Below, piece after piece: positions 29,365 to 43,583 of a DNA stretch of 64,000 nt. The stretch's first letter is position 1, and each line of letters begins with the position of its first letter. The notes beneath the pieces are model-generated. The model did not search any database. It saw only the letters and a program-made list of their open reading frames with translations, and was not told where the DNA came from. This DNA is from the human T2T-CHM13v2.0 reference genome, Homo sapiens: assembly GCF_009914755.1 (NCBI RefSeq), contig NC_060933.1; one strand, given 5' to 3'. The translations under genes were made by a program, and so were the position numbers.

Positions 29365-29837
29365 AATGGCCTCAATTAATGGTCACCCCATATCCTCCCC
29401 CTTTGCCCTATAACTGTAGTGCCATGCCACTGTGACTCTGAGCTTGCCCCAAGTGACTTGTTTTGGCCAACAGAATTTCAGCAAACTTGATGCAAGGAGA
29501 GACTTGGAAAAGTGCTTGCCTGCATGTCTCCATTTTCTCTCTTCAACCCCTGTCACTGCAATGAGACTATCCAAGGCTAGCCAGGTGAAAGGGTATGAGA
29601 GACACATAAAATAGGGCTGAGTCATCCCAGCCAAGGCCACACTAGACCAGCCATCCCCTAGCCTACTTACCAGCTGGCTGAAGATGCATAAGTAAACCCA
29701 GTTGAGATCAGTCAAGACCCATTTCAGACAGCAGTATCACCCAGTGAACTGTAGACTTGGGAGAAATAATAAATGGCTATTATTTTAAGCTACTAAAGAT
29801 TGGGGTGGTTTGTTCCAAAACACAGCTTACTGATACA
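29365..29837 (+). mobile_element. MLT1G/H solo LTR
   Basis: gtgacttgttttggccaacagaat...ttttaagctactaaagattggggtggtttgtt...actgataca. Confidence 0.75.
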
Positions 29838-30432
29838 ACAACCATGATGCAGACCAACTGGAGGGATGGAACGTCTAAACTAAAGGCTGGTGTCAGAGAG
29901 ACTTGTAGAAATTTTCAATGTCTATTGCACAGGATGAAGAAAGACAATTTTCCAAGGTCACGTATATGAGAAGTGCCAGGCTACAGTTTAGTTTAGTTGG
30001 TTTGTGTCTTCCAAAGCAACAGCATGTAAGCAATGTTTCCCAAATTTATTTGACCACAGAGCCTTCTTTATCCCTCACTCCTAAACTAAGAATCAGACAA
30101 AATGAATATTCCATACAGCATACGTTGGGACATTATTTAAGATCAATTGGTCTTCATCCTGCTTCCATGTTGTTCCAAGGGGTAGAGCTGCATTTAAGGC
30201 ATTATAGTTACAGGGAGAAGAATTGGGATTAAACATATTCAAGCAAGGATTTGTCAACTATGAGAGTTATCCAAAGATGAACTTGCTGGCCTTGTGAAAC
30301 AGTGACTGCAAACCCCAAGACTAAAGGTATTCAAAGAGAGAGAAATCTGAAGTGACAAGTTAACTTCCTTGAAATCTTTATTCCCCAATAACATGACAAA
30401 GGCTTCCGATTACTTCTTTCAGTTCTAAGTGG

Positions 30433-30807
30433 TGTGACAGTTCATTTTATGTGTCATCTCGGCTAGGCTATGGTGCCCTCTTGTTTGGTTAAACACTAGT
30501 CTAGATGGGATGTGAAGGTATTTTGTAGATGTAATTAATATTTGTAATCTGTAGATTTTTTAGGTAAAGCAGATGACGCCCCATAATGTGGGTAGGTCTT
30601 ATCTAATCAGTTGAGGGCCTTTTAACAACTGAGGCTTCCCACAGAAAAAAGAATTCTGCTTCAAGACTGCAACATAGAAATCCTGTTTGAGTTTCTCTCC
30701 TACCGCCCTGCCCTGCGGATTTTGGACATACCAGACCCCATAATTATGTGAGCAAATTCCTTAAAATAACTAGAATAATTCTCCCTTTTTCCCTCTCTCT
30801 GCCCCAC

Positions 30808-30850
<43 letters not shown>

Positions 30851-31288
30851 ATATGTACATATGTGTGCACACACATATGTATAGATGTGTATGTATATAT
30901 GTGTGCACACACATGTGTATAGATGTGTATGTATATATGTGTGCACACACATGTGTATAGATGTGTATGTATATATGTGTGCACACATATGTGTACAGAT
31001 GTGTATGTATATATGTGTGCATACACATATGTATAGATGTGCATGTATATATGTGTGTATATATGTATATACATATATACATATATACATATATACATAC
31101 ATATATACATATATACATATATACATATATACATATATACATATATATACATATATACATATATACATATATATATACATATATATACATATATACATAT
31201 ATACATATATATATACATATATACATATATACATATATATACATATATCCTATTGGTTCTGTTTCTCTGGAAAACCCTGACTAATACA
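30433..31288 (+). mobile_element. MLT2 (C/D-like) solo LTR with expanded internal microsatellite
   Basis: Starts tgtgacagttcattttatgtgtca; ends cctattggttctgtttctctggaaaaccctgactaataca. Confidence 0.88.
30808..31248. repeat. Compound tandem repeat: (CA)n, about 5 copies of a 38-bp unit, then (TATATACA)n
   Basis: Unit atatgtgtgcacacacatgtgtatagatgtgtatgtat starts at 30859, 30897, 30935, 30973 and 31011. Confidence 0.95.
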
Positions 31289-32313
31289 AGTAAATATCAA
31301 ACATCGTTTATATTTTATCACAATCCTGGACTAAAATACCCAGAAGTTCTACCCTGCTTCCTAATACTTGCCTTGGAATCAGAGTGTTAGGTTTCCCAGG
31401 TTTCCTGTGTGGTTCCTCTAAGGACTCCTGTGGGTAGTCAGCGGAGAACCAGAACTCCTAGTTGCATTATTGTGGTAGCCAGGAGGTGACATTTCTCATA
31501 TTCCCTTTTTAAGAGGGACAGATTTTATGAGTCACCTTGGGTGGCATAGCAATTTTGCAGCTGCGTAATGTTTGTAAGAAACTGACAGTCCCTCATGAAC
31601 CACAGTGACCCAACTTGGCAGGGCCCCAGCACCTATTTATGGCCTGAGATACAGGGGAAGAGGTCACAGGAGGAGGTTCTCTCTTCTGGAATTGAGCCAG
31701 ACAGACGATAACACTCTAGGTCAGAGTTAACACAGTCTGATTCACTGCAACACGTTCTCTGAATGACTTCCTAGGAGCCTAACTGAACTACTACAAATCC
31801 AGTGTTGATATCCAGTATGTAGCCACTTAGAAAAAGATAAAAAATAAAATAAAAAAGAGAAGGTCAATAATAAAAAAGAAGGCTTTAAGAGAAATAAACA
31901 AAAAATACCAAGTGTAGCCCAGTGATAGTGGGAATACAGACCTGGAACAACCCCCTTGCTCAGTTATGTGCCCTGTTCACATTACTCAGAAGACCTCACA
32001 CTGCAGCTGCCGCCAACAGTAACTAGTGCCTCGAGGACAAATTCTTGTTTTTCCTTGCCTAGTTCAATACCTAGCACATAGCAGGAGCTTAAAAACTATT
32101 CACTGAGTCAATGAGCTACTAAGGACATAGAGCCCTTCACATCCACGTAGCTATTCAGCCAGGATTGTTTTTCATCCTGTCATTGAGCTTCACAAGCCCA
32201 GTATGATCCAGCACCTGAGAATATTTCTTTCTAAACTAGCCCTGATACATGTGTGCAGTTTCTGGGTTCTTAAAATCTTTAGAACTAAGGTCCTTATATT
32301 TGGATACTGTGTT

Positions 32314-32690
32314 TGTATTCATTTTCTAGGGCTGCCAAAACAAAGTAGCATACACTGAGTGGCTTAAACAACAGAAATTTATTTTCTCAGAGCCACGGCT
32401 AGAAGTCTGAGATTAAGATGTTGACAGGGTCGGTTTCATCTGAGGCTGCTGTCTTTGACTTGCGGATAGCCATCTTCTGTTTTTATCCTCACATGATTTT
32501 CCCTCTGTAACTGTCTGCATCCTAGTCTCATCTTCTTCAAAGGACACCAACCACATTGGATTAGGGCCCACTCTAATTATCTCATTTTATTTCATTATCT
32601 CTTTAAAGATCTGTCTCCAAATTTAGTCACATTCTGAAATACTAGGGCTTAGGAATTTGACATACACACTTCGGAGGGTCACAAACACAT
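32314..32690 (-). mobile_element. MLT1B/C solo LTR
   Basis: ctagggctgccaaaacaaagtagc...tggcttaaacaacagaaatttatt. Confidence 0.85.
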
Positions 32691-32945
32691 ATACACACAC
32701 ATATAAGATACATGTAATAGGTAAATAAATCTTTTCACAGCTTTAAGGTCAGAAAGGGAATGTCTTTACATCTGTTCTATCTTAATATCTTTCTCTGATT
32801 GCATACTTAGAACCCTCCATTAAGTGTGAAGGAAGAAAAACTATAGGATACAATCTCTGTATCTTTCCTCTAATTAACAATTAAACTAACTTTAAACTAA
32901 TTAATTGATTTCTTTTTCATGTATCTCAAATTTTTATTTCCTCTT

Positions 32946-33333
32946 TGTATTAAGCTGTTCTTGCCTTGCTACAAAGAAATACCTGAGACTGGATAATTTA
33001 TTTAAAAAGGGGTTTAATTGGCTCACAGTTCTGTAGGCGTACAGGAAGTACAGCAGCATCTGCTTCTGGAGAGACCTCAGGAAGCTTCCAATCATGGCAG
33101 AAGGCAAAGGGGGTACAGGCACATCACAGGCGGGAGCAAGAGAGAGTGGAGGTGGTAGGTGCCACACTCTTTTAAAGGATCAGATCTTGCCAGAATTCAC
33201 TGTCATGAAGATGGCACCAGGCCATGAGGGATTCACCCCATGACCAAACACCTCCCACCAGGCCTCACCTCCAGCACTGGGGATTACAATTCAACATGAG
33301 ATTTGGGCAGCAATAAATATCCAAACCATATCA
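32946..33333 (-). mobile_element. MST (MSTA-like) solo LTR
   Basis: TGTATT...ATATCA termini with perfect 5-bp TSD CTCTT. Confidence 0.93.
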
Positions 33334-34178
33334 CTCTTTTAGAATTCTTGTAAGCTGAAAGAAACAGAAACACAGGAGTCTAGAAGTGGCCCACGGAGAA
33401 GTTGTTATGTCCTGAGCTCCTTGAGAACAGGCTGGGTCTTATGTCTGTATACTGTGAGCATATACTACATTACCTGGCATGGAATGGTTGTTCTAAAAAT
33501 ATATAGGTAAACGATGTGTGCAGGAAAACAAACCTCATGCTAGGTTCCTAGTTTTATGTTCCAGAAACACATTTGCCCCCTAAGCAATGTTAATATATGC
33601 TGACTTACGTTGGCCCATTGCATGCTTAACTTTTTAAAACACATTTATATATAATTACTTATTTCCTGGTGTTTCAACAGACTTGTTTGCAGCCATTTAA
33701 GTTAAAACAAAAGATAAATGTCTGCAGAGTATTATCTACACATAAACAAAACCCTAATAGCATCAATCTGTGAGACAACATTGTCCATTCAGAGATGAAC
33801 TTCACCAAAACATACACTAACTGTCACTCATGGGGCTCCCTTGACTCCCCATTGCTAAGAGAGTGTATTCAAGAGTCACATACCTGTCAGGGTCAGCCTT
33901 GCATCTGACCTTGGCTTTGCCCTGGCCAAAGAGGCAGCACTAAGAGGCAAGTGTGGGAACTTGGTTAATCTTCAGCACCTTTCTTGTTTAATACTATCAA
34001 GGTATTCCTTTAATGGGCCACTGATAAGGAGACTTTGTTGCTGAAAATCTTAAAAATTGAATGTCTAACATTCTATATCTGACCTGTGGCTGGTTATATA
34101 ACTCTGATCCTTGAATGAATGATTCTGATCTGGTTAACCTCCTATCTTCTGTCTCTGGACCAGACTACGTATACTCTA

Positions 34179-34615
<437 letters not shown>

Positions 34616-34834
34616 CTAAATTTATTATCCTCCCTGTTGAGACTGAGGAATCTTGATTAATAGATACATAGATGGGTCACAACTTAATTTCTTGAAAAAA
34701 TTCATTATCAGCTGTAAATCTGCTGTAACCTAATGATTCTGTCCTCCCATTAAACATCAATGACCAAATCCTGGAATGCCACTTGCCAGCACTCACTAGC
34801 ATTGCCATATAGTTCCACATCACTAGGTGGGGTT

Positions 34835-35370
34835 AAAAGTGTGATATGATGAATGCTGAACTCAGAGTCATAAGGACAAAAGTTCAAAACTCAGCTCCAT
34901 AGTAGCTGTATTCTCTCAGCAAGTTACTGAGCCTGCTTTCTCAGTTCATCAAATCAAAATACCAGCATCCAACCCATAAAAGAAGTGCCACAAGGATTAA
35001 ATAAGATAAGGAATTATGCCATCAATTAGTCAACATATATTTACCGAGTGCATACTAAGTGCCAGGCACTGTTCTGGGACCTAGGGAGAACATCACTGTG
35101 AACATCCCTGGTGGGACTCTTATGTTGGTAGGGGTAGAGGAAGTGATGGAATAGACAATAAATGAGCAGGGCAAAGAGAGACGATGAGTAATACAGCCTG
35201 GGGATAGAAGTCTGTTATTTTATTAATAGGGTGACCAGGGAAGGCTTCTCCAATGAGAGAACATGCACAGAGCTTAGAATGAGGTGCAGGAATGAAGCGT
35301 GCACGTATGAGAGGGAAAGAACTTCCCTATGCCCTAGAGAGAAGAGCAGGCACAGATGACCCAAGGCATT
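34835..35370. mobile_element. Adjacent MIR (+) and L2 (-) fragments
   Basis: MIR motif aggattaaataagataa; L2 motif caacatatatttaccgagtgcatactaagtgccaggcactgttct. Confidence 0.65.
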
Positions 35371-35843
35371 GTTCCTTTGGATAAGAAAGCACTGTAATCA
35401 CTATTTTCAACCTTGGTGCTAGGCAGTGAAGAACCTAGTGGATTATTTTCAAGGACTGAAATACCAACATTAAATTTTGTTATCTCTTGCATAATTCAGA
35501 AGAAAACAATTGTTCCTACTGACTGACCCTAGAAAATACTTATTAAGTGTTTGTTAATGCATAAGATTTATCAGGCTTTAGAAAACCATTCCACATAAAT
35601 GGATATTTCAAATGATTGATTACAACCCACAGACACACCAATACTTTAGGTACATTGACAAAAATAATTCTAAAATAGATTACACTCTTCCTTGCCCTCT
35701 TAAACAAAGGACGCTGAATATAGTTCCTAGAGACTCAGAATCATTACTGTGAACATTAGTCATTATGATGCTCACAGGAACCACTGACCTCCATAGAGGG
35801 ATATGTCCCTGCACTAAACGGCCACTCTTAAAAATAAAATATT

Positions 35844-36030
35844 AGCTGGGTGCAGTGGCTCATGCATGTAATCCCAATACTTTAGGAAGCCAAGGCAAGG
35901 GGTTGAGGGAAGGGAGGGTGGCGATTGCTTAAGTCCAGGAGTTCAAGGCTATGGTGAGCTATGATCGCACCTCTGCACTCCAGTTTAGGTGACAGAGGAA
36001 GATCCTGTCTTTAAAAAACAAAACACAAAA
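35844..36030 (+). mobile_element. Alu monomer (FAM/FRAM-like) with a G-rich insertion
   Basis: Single Alu arm plus A tail. Confidence 0.8.
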
Positions 36031-36123
36031 CTTAAAAAAAATAGATAACAATTTTTCTTTGGTCCTTCCCTAGCAAACAACAACTTTCTTTTGATTGCTA
36101 TTGTTATGTCTGACTTTGCAGGG

Positions 36124-36505
36124 TGCTATGGGCTGAATTGTATCTCCCCCAAATTCATATGTCGAATCCCTAACCCAATGTGATGTGTTTGAAGGTGAGG
36201 CTTTGGGGAGGTAATTACGGACCAATGAGGTCATGAGAGTGGGGCCTATATGCTGGCATAGTGCCCTTATAAGAAGAGACATGCAAGAGCTCACTCTTAT
36301 TCTCTCTCCATGTGCACATACCTAGCAAAGGCCATGCAAGAAGGGGGTCATCTGCAAGACAAGAAGAGAGCCCTCACCATAAACCTAAATTGACCAGCAC
36401 CTTGATCTTGGACTCCTAACCTCTAGAGCTATAAGAAAAAAAATTCTATTGTTTAAGTTACCCGGTTGACAGTATTTTGTTATGGCAGCCTGACCTGACT
36501 AGACA
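36124..36505 (+). mobile_element. MLT1A/MSTD-like solo LTR
   Basis: tgctatgggctgaattg...actagaca; TSD (c/t)aggg. Confidence 0.88.
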
Positions 36506-37849
36506 TAGGGTGACTGCATTTCCATTTCTGATTCACTGCTTCTAATCTCCTGTGAACTGCTTGATTAAATTTTGCTTAAAATAAACATTTGGATATGCTC
36601 CATGGGTGCTGTTTCATTTACTTTGACTGTTTAGGTGTCTTCATTGTCTACTTTCAAACTCCAAGTTAAATTCTGGCATTTGGAAGTTCAGTATTTACAT
36701 TTGTTTTCTAGGCTGCTAATAACTAAAAGCTGTTTGGGAAAGTGAACAATGCAGACCATGATTTCTGTTTTTTGTTTTTAACTTAAGGAAAAAGGGAAAA
36801 GCCTTCAATTGTTCCTCACATCTGAGTTAGGAGAAGAATCTTGAAGCCCTCTCAAATTCAGACAGAAAAGAGTTCCCTTTGAGAAATCATAATTATATTC
36901 TGACTGTTAACATTTTTGGTGCGAATGGTTGAAAGATGGGGGCAGGAGGAGCAAACATTAAATGCATATGCTAGCATTTATTTTATCTTCAGGGATATAC
37001 TTAAGATGATATTTTTAGATGTTAGCCCTTCCTCAGAGTGTGAGAGTATTTGGGAGCAAGGGAGGATTGTTGCTTATGAAACCTCTGGAATAATAAAAAT
37101 AATTAGTGTGCAGTTCACATCAAACCTATAATTACTGTGGTTGGGTGACAAGATATGCATCAACTGCAAAAGACTATTATTCTCAGAGTAAATAATATAA
37201 CTTCTGACCAGTTTTAACATTTGCTGTAGGTAGAAGAAGCTAGAAGCTTGTGGGGGTGGGGGATGGGGTAGGAGAAGGCTGAAATATTTTTCTAAGATTT
37301 TAGCAGTTGGCTTAACAATGAGTGGCTAAGACACTTAACATAGGGGGGTCAAGGAATATCTGATAAGGACCCTGCTTAGGAGATGAAATTTTAAGATTGC
37401 CAATTGCTAATAAGGCTCTGAGGAGAAAAAAAATGTACTTTTTGAGTAATGACTTGTTATTTCATGTACATTTTACGCCACGTATATATTATTGAGGGTT
37501 CCAGGATATAAGAGAGGAAAGGAAATGGAGCTTAGTTATAAAGCAAATAAGGAGAACATTTACTGATTTCAACTTCCACCTCTGGAGCACAGCCAAGTGT
37601 GTCATGTGGGTAATATATAAAATGGATACAAATACTCTATGGGCCAGGTGCCAGAACTTTAGGAGTGGCAATTGAAAAATTTAAAAATCCAAGAAGAAAA
37701 TGATTTGACTCTCCCTTGTCTATCTCATAAGCACAGGTTCCTAGTAGTGCAGTTAGGTGTCTACTATCTGTCTCCCCAGCAAACTTTAGCATCTGGCCAA
37801 GCATAATAGCTTAGAGACAGTAGGGCAGCTAACAAATGTTTGTGTAAGA

Positions 37850-38065
37850 AATAGCTACATTTGTGAGACAGTTTACTAAACACTCTCACCTAAATTATTA
37901 CTATAGCCTCCTATAAGAGAGAATGTGTTATTCTTCCCAATTCACAGATGATGAAGGCAAAACTCAAGAAGTTGAGTTCTTTGCCCAAGATCAAACAGCT
38001 TAAAAAGGGATCAAAGAGAGGTTTCTAACTCATACCTACCTCTAAATTCAGTGCTCTTTTCAATC
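37850..38065 (-). mobile_element. MIR SINE
   Basis: ttcacagatgatgaaggcaaaactcaagaagtt...ttgcccaagatca. Confidence 0.65.
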
Positions 38066-40768
38066 ACTGTTTGAAAACAATATACTAGTTGTAATTCTGT
38101 TACATTAGTATACACACTATGTTTTGTAACTGCTATGTCTGTGTATAATGTTGGCTTTTATAATGTGAGTTAATTGTCAAACAAATCACCTTCATGCTGA
38201 AGATGGTGTAGAGAAAATAAATCAAGTCCAAATCCAAAAAAAAAAAGAAAACAATACACACCAAATAAAGAGGCATATTGATCCTACAGCCCTGGGCTTG
38301 AGCACAGCCTGGCAGCACAATAAATATTAGCTTCAGAGTAACAATCCACATCCAAATAATTGGTTTCATATTCTACCTTCCACTCCTAACTTATTTCAGA
38401 TACCTAAGTCTACCCAAAAGTACCATGACATCCTGGCTTAGAAAGAGCATTTCATTATATACCCCATCATGCACCTTTTTCACTAGGAAAATATGTATTT
38501 GTTTACAAGCTTTCTGACTGTAATTCACTGCACAACTCTCAATCGATTGTCTGTGGGCAGCACCTGAAAGACAGAGCTTATTTGCAATGAATGACAGAGT
38601 AATTTCTAGTGATGCTCAAGCTTATGGACCAGCAAGACCAAATGTCTTAAGTGAGATTGAAAATGCCACCAAATCAAATGGTTTTGAAAGTTTTTCAAAG
38701 TTTTAAGACTTTCCAAAGCATGCACAAGAATCACCAAGTTACTCATCTATGCCAGTAGTTTGCATTGAAAATAATTTCAAAGGCTACTTTTACATGGTGA
38801 TTCTGACCCAAGATTTTGTTTTCCAGAAATGTCTTATTTCAACTCTTTGATCCTATCTTCTACCTGGAGTATTTTGTATTCTATTCTACCACACATCCTT
38901 TACAGCGAATTTATCTCACCTCCACCAAAAGGTCATGAGAATTTCAGGGGTTTCTTCCTTTCTTGAGTTCCATTAACCTCCTCATTTAAATCATTAAGTT
39001 TGACACTTAACGTGTGATCATCTGTAATTTCTTCACGCATATAGTGTTTTATTTCTTGTCAAGGTAATACCTTCTCTAAGGATAAGGACTATGTATTCTA
39101 GACTTCATACTATAGCAAAACCCCACAGATGGATAAAGTAACTACATTAATTCTTTACAATAGTGGGAACATAAAGGGAACTGATTACACAGAGATAGAA
39201 GAGTTGAGAAGCCAAACGGAGTATGGCAACCCACAAGATAGCAACAGTAGGAAGCCTCTACCATCCTTAGAGGTGGGGGAAGTAACGGAAAGAATGGGAT
39301 CAGCATAACTCAGGTGGCAGGGCCTTCCAGTAAGAGCTGGAACCTTGAAGGAGACAGAGCTACTGTCAGAGAAACCATAGAAAACAAAAACAGAAGTGAG
39401 AATACCTTGACTTCTCTTCCCTGCTCTCACTCTCCAACTTTCTACCAGTGCCTCCTTTTGGTCACATATCCTTGGAAACCAAAGAGTGAGGGAGCTTCTA
39501 TCTATGATACACATCAGAGAAGAAAAGGAGTATATCTGAGAAGAAATATACTGAGAAATATATCTGAGTATCTCTCAGAAGTATATCTGAGAAGAAAAGG
39601 ACTAGATCTGAGTATAAACGAGCAATTTACAGAATGGTTATCAACAAATTCTCACAGGTAGATACAGACATAAATGAATTCAGATGCAATCATTGTATAT
39701 TACAATTCAATTTTTCCCTTTAAAAATGATTAGTATGAAAAACTGCAGGATGATAGACTGTTTAAGGAATGTATAGAACAGGCTTTTGCTTCTGGTAATG
39801 GTAGACCAGGAGATATGGACTAATTATCCTGCTGAGGATAACTAAGATATACACACTCATACACATATACATATTCTACTTCACAGCATTAGAGAGCTAA
39901 CATAATAGTAAAGATCCAATGTTTGAGGTTTTCCTCTGGGGCATTTTCCAATTCAGGAAGTGGTAGCCAAATGCATAGGTAGCACTTTTGGCAGTCTCAT
40001 GGGGATAAAGTCACAAATGTTGGATTATTGGGCTTGGTAACAAAGCCTGGGTCACCCTAACAGTGTTGATCCAGATGTAGACCAGCTCTTCTAGGAACTT
40101 TAGTTCAGCTTTAAATCATCTTTATCCCTGAAATTAGATTACAGTGATTCTAGATACAAGAACCACCAGGCACTTAGAAGAAAACATAAACCTTCCCTGC
40201 AGAAAGAAATTATTATAGGCATCAAATTATTTAAGCAAATAATTTTTCAATACAATTTCTGAAACAAAATAAAAGCAAGAAGCCAAGAACGAGAGACAGT
40301 AGAACCAACAGATAGTGGAAATAGACCCACTGTGGATCCAGATATTAGACTTTCAGGCATGAATTTTAAAATAACTACAGTCACTAAATATTGATAATTG
40401 CTGGAACTGGGTGATGAGGTCTTTCAGGTTCATATACTTTTCTCTCTACTTCAATATATATCATAATTTTTATATGGAAAATGAAAAAAAGTCTATGAGC
40501 CAATCCAAAGAGAATTTTAGTTGCCGCCTTTGCTGCTACCTCATCAAGAACACACTGAATACCACTGCCTGAGGAAACACCATATCATCTCTCTGACATT
40601 CATTGGTATGGCATAAATAGCAATGAACATAGACTACTTAAGAACATAACTATGTGTACTCTTTCAAGGAAATAAAAAGAATTCAGCTCAGATTATAAAT
40701 TATTTCTTAAAGGACTTAAGAGATTGGAAAATAACCAAGTAAAAATTCCGTAATTGAAAAATACAATA

Positions 40769-41129
<361 letters not shown>

Positions 41130-41569
41130 TCAGTGGATCAGTTTAGAGCAGTTTATACCACAGCTCAAGAGAGATTTAATGATAGATAACTAGTGCACAG
41201 GATCAGAAAAAAAAATCCTCAGATTTAAGCATAAAGAAACAAAAAGTTGGCAAATATTTTTAAAAGAAAGTAAGTGGGTAGTGAAAATAGTGAAAATCTC
41301 TAAGACACATCTGAAATACTGAAGAGAAAGGAGAGAAAGAATGACACCAAAACAGCAGTTGAAGAAACATTAGCTGAGAATTTTCCAAAATGATGAAAAA
41401 CAACAAATTGTGGGTTCAAGAAGTTTTATGAACTCCAAGCAGGTTAAAGAATCAGTTTAAAGGAAAAACTTTGAAGATAAGTTTTAGGCACGTCATGGTA
41501 AAACTATTAAACCTCAGATATAAAGACAGAACATTTAAATACAGCCAGAGTAAAAATAAAATTGCTTTC

Positions 41570-42030
41570 TGTGATGGTTAATACTGAGTGTCAACTTGAT
41601 TGGATTGAAGGATGCAATATTGATCCTGGGTGTGTCTGTGAGGGTGCTCCCAACAGAGACTAACATTTGAGTCAGTGGGCTGGGGAAGGCGGACCCACCC
41701 TTAATGGGATGGGCCCCATCTAATCAGCCACCAGAGAATATAAAGCAGTCAGAAACACGTGAAACGATGAGACAAGCCTAGCCTCCCAGCCTGCATCTTT
41801 CTCCTGTGCTGAATGCTTCCTGTCCTCGAACATCAGACTCCAAGTTCTTCAGTTTTGGGTCTTGGACTGGCTCTCCTTGCTCCTCAGCTTGCAGACCGCC
41901 TATTGTGGGACCTTGTGATAGTGTAAGTTAATACTTAATAAACTCCCCTATCTGTCTACCTACCTACCTACCTGTCTATCTGTCTATCTCCTATTAGTTC
42001 TGTCCCTCTAAGAGAACCCTGACTAATATA
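41570..42030 (+). mobile_element. MLT2A (ERVL) solo LTR
   Basis: Starts tgtgatggttaatactgagtgtcaacttgattgg; perfect 5-bp TSD CTTTC. Confidence 0.94.
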
Positions 42031-43540
42031 CTTTCAAAGAAGCAATGAGAACAATAGCCATCTTCTCAAACCATAAAAATCAAAGTTGAATGTCACTGGA
42101 ACAATTTCTTCAAAGCAGTAGCGTTTTTGAGGCAGGAAGGAGTGACTGGGAGAACCTAAGAGGAGGACTTCTGGGCCTCTGTCAGTGCTTTACTTCTTGA
42201 TCTGAGGTTGACTGTGATAACTCATTGAGCTAGATATTTATATGTTTTGTGCACTTTTATGTATGTTTTTAATAATTCACAATAACTTTAAAAAATAGAT
42301 TGTGGTAGAAAGAATTCTAATTATTCAGTAATCATACAATAACTATCATACTGCTCTGGCTCTATTTGAAAGCACACTATATTACATTCTAAAATTTTAG
42401 ACTACAGAAGGAAAAGGCTGAATATTTGGGAAAAAAAGTTTTATGGGTTCCAGATTTATAATTAAAGCTAGACTAACCTCATCTTTCTTATTTGTGATTT
42501 AAAAAAAAAGCCTGATTGTAATGACTGAATAAGTCTGCCAATCACAAATATTCACATCAACAATATGTTAAAGATGCTTCTAAAGTGGGTAGTTTAGATG
42601 TTTGAAAGACATTTGTCTCTAAACCCTTAACTATCCACCATCTATGCTCTTTGTATTGTTTGTCAAAATGTAATAAACAAAGGGGAAAGACTAGGTCTTT
42701 TAACATTATCACAAATGTAGAGTAAAGCATCATTGGTTGTACTGTCTTACTTTGCTTTTCTCTATAATAAATTTGCATGCTCTCAAAATTACAGGAATAG
42801 AAATGGATTGACACTATTCATTGCAGTGGTGGTAAGGCCATATCCATGCTGCCTGTTACACTCTCCAGGGTTGCCATGAAAACATGAAGAGAAGCTAATT
42901 GCACATAGTAAGAGTTTTAATTGACAAGTACCTGACCATTACAGCAATTTCTACTTCCAGAAGTATCCCAGCTGACATTGTTATAGAGTAGTGGAACTGA
43001 AAAAAGTAAGACTAATTGGAGCAATTAATTAAAAACACACAATTAGTTTCCATGGCAGACTTTTTTTTTTTTTTAACTTCTTTTCCTCATTGCTTGAGGC
43101 CTGTGAGGGTTTTATTGAGTTTTACCACATTGGGGGTTGTCTGTGCTGATAATTAACAAGGAAAGACTGGAAAAAGAGGGATTCAGCCTGCAGCCGAACC
43201 AGGTGAGAAGGCTTGGCCACTTTTCTCTCTGGCAAGCCAAAAACAGAGCAAAGATCTGAAGCCTAATTAGGAATACAGGATGGGGTCTAAATAAGAGCTG
43301 CTGAAACTGAGTATTTTGATAGCTCTTGCCAGATCCTCGATCTGTAAAAAAGTAAGAGAAGGATTACTTGTTTATTTCCCAAGAACATGGAGAAGACTCT
43401 TCAATGATTATGGTGTTGGCAGAAAAGAATACTGTCCCTTTGCAGCTGACCATTGCTGCTGGCCAGCCTAAGTTGGGCTATTTCAAGATTTGGCAGCTGG
43501 CTTCTAGAATCAAGTTTGATTTTCCTTTTTTTTTCTTTCA

Positions 43541-43541
43541 T

Positions 43542-43580
<39 letters not shown>

Positions 43581-43583
43581 TTT
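43541..43583. repeat. (TTTA)n microsatellite
   Basis: About 10 perfect TTTA units. Confidence 0.95.

Noticed and set aside
30859-31048. CRISPR-like array of 38-bp repeats
   Set aside because: No unique spacers and eukaryotic context; this is a plain minisatellite
30700-31390. Overlapping long ORFs rich in Y/I/C/V/H/T/M
   Set aside because: Artefact of a stop-free alternating purine-pyrimidine microsatellite
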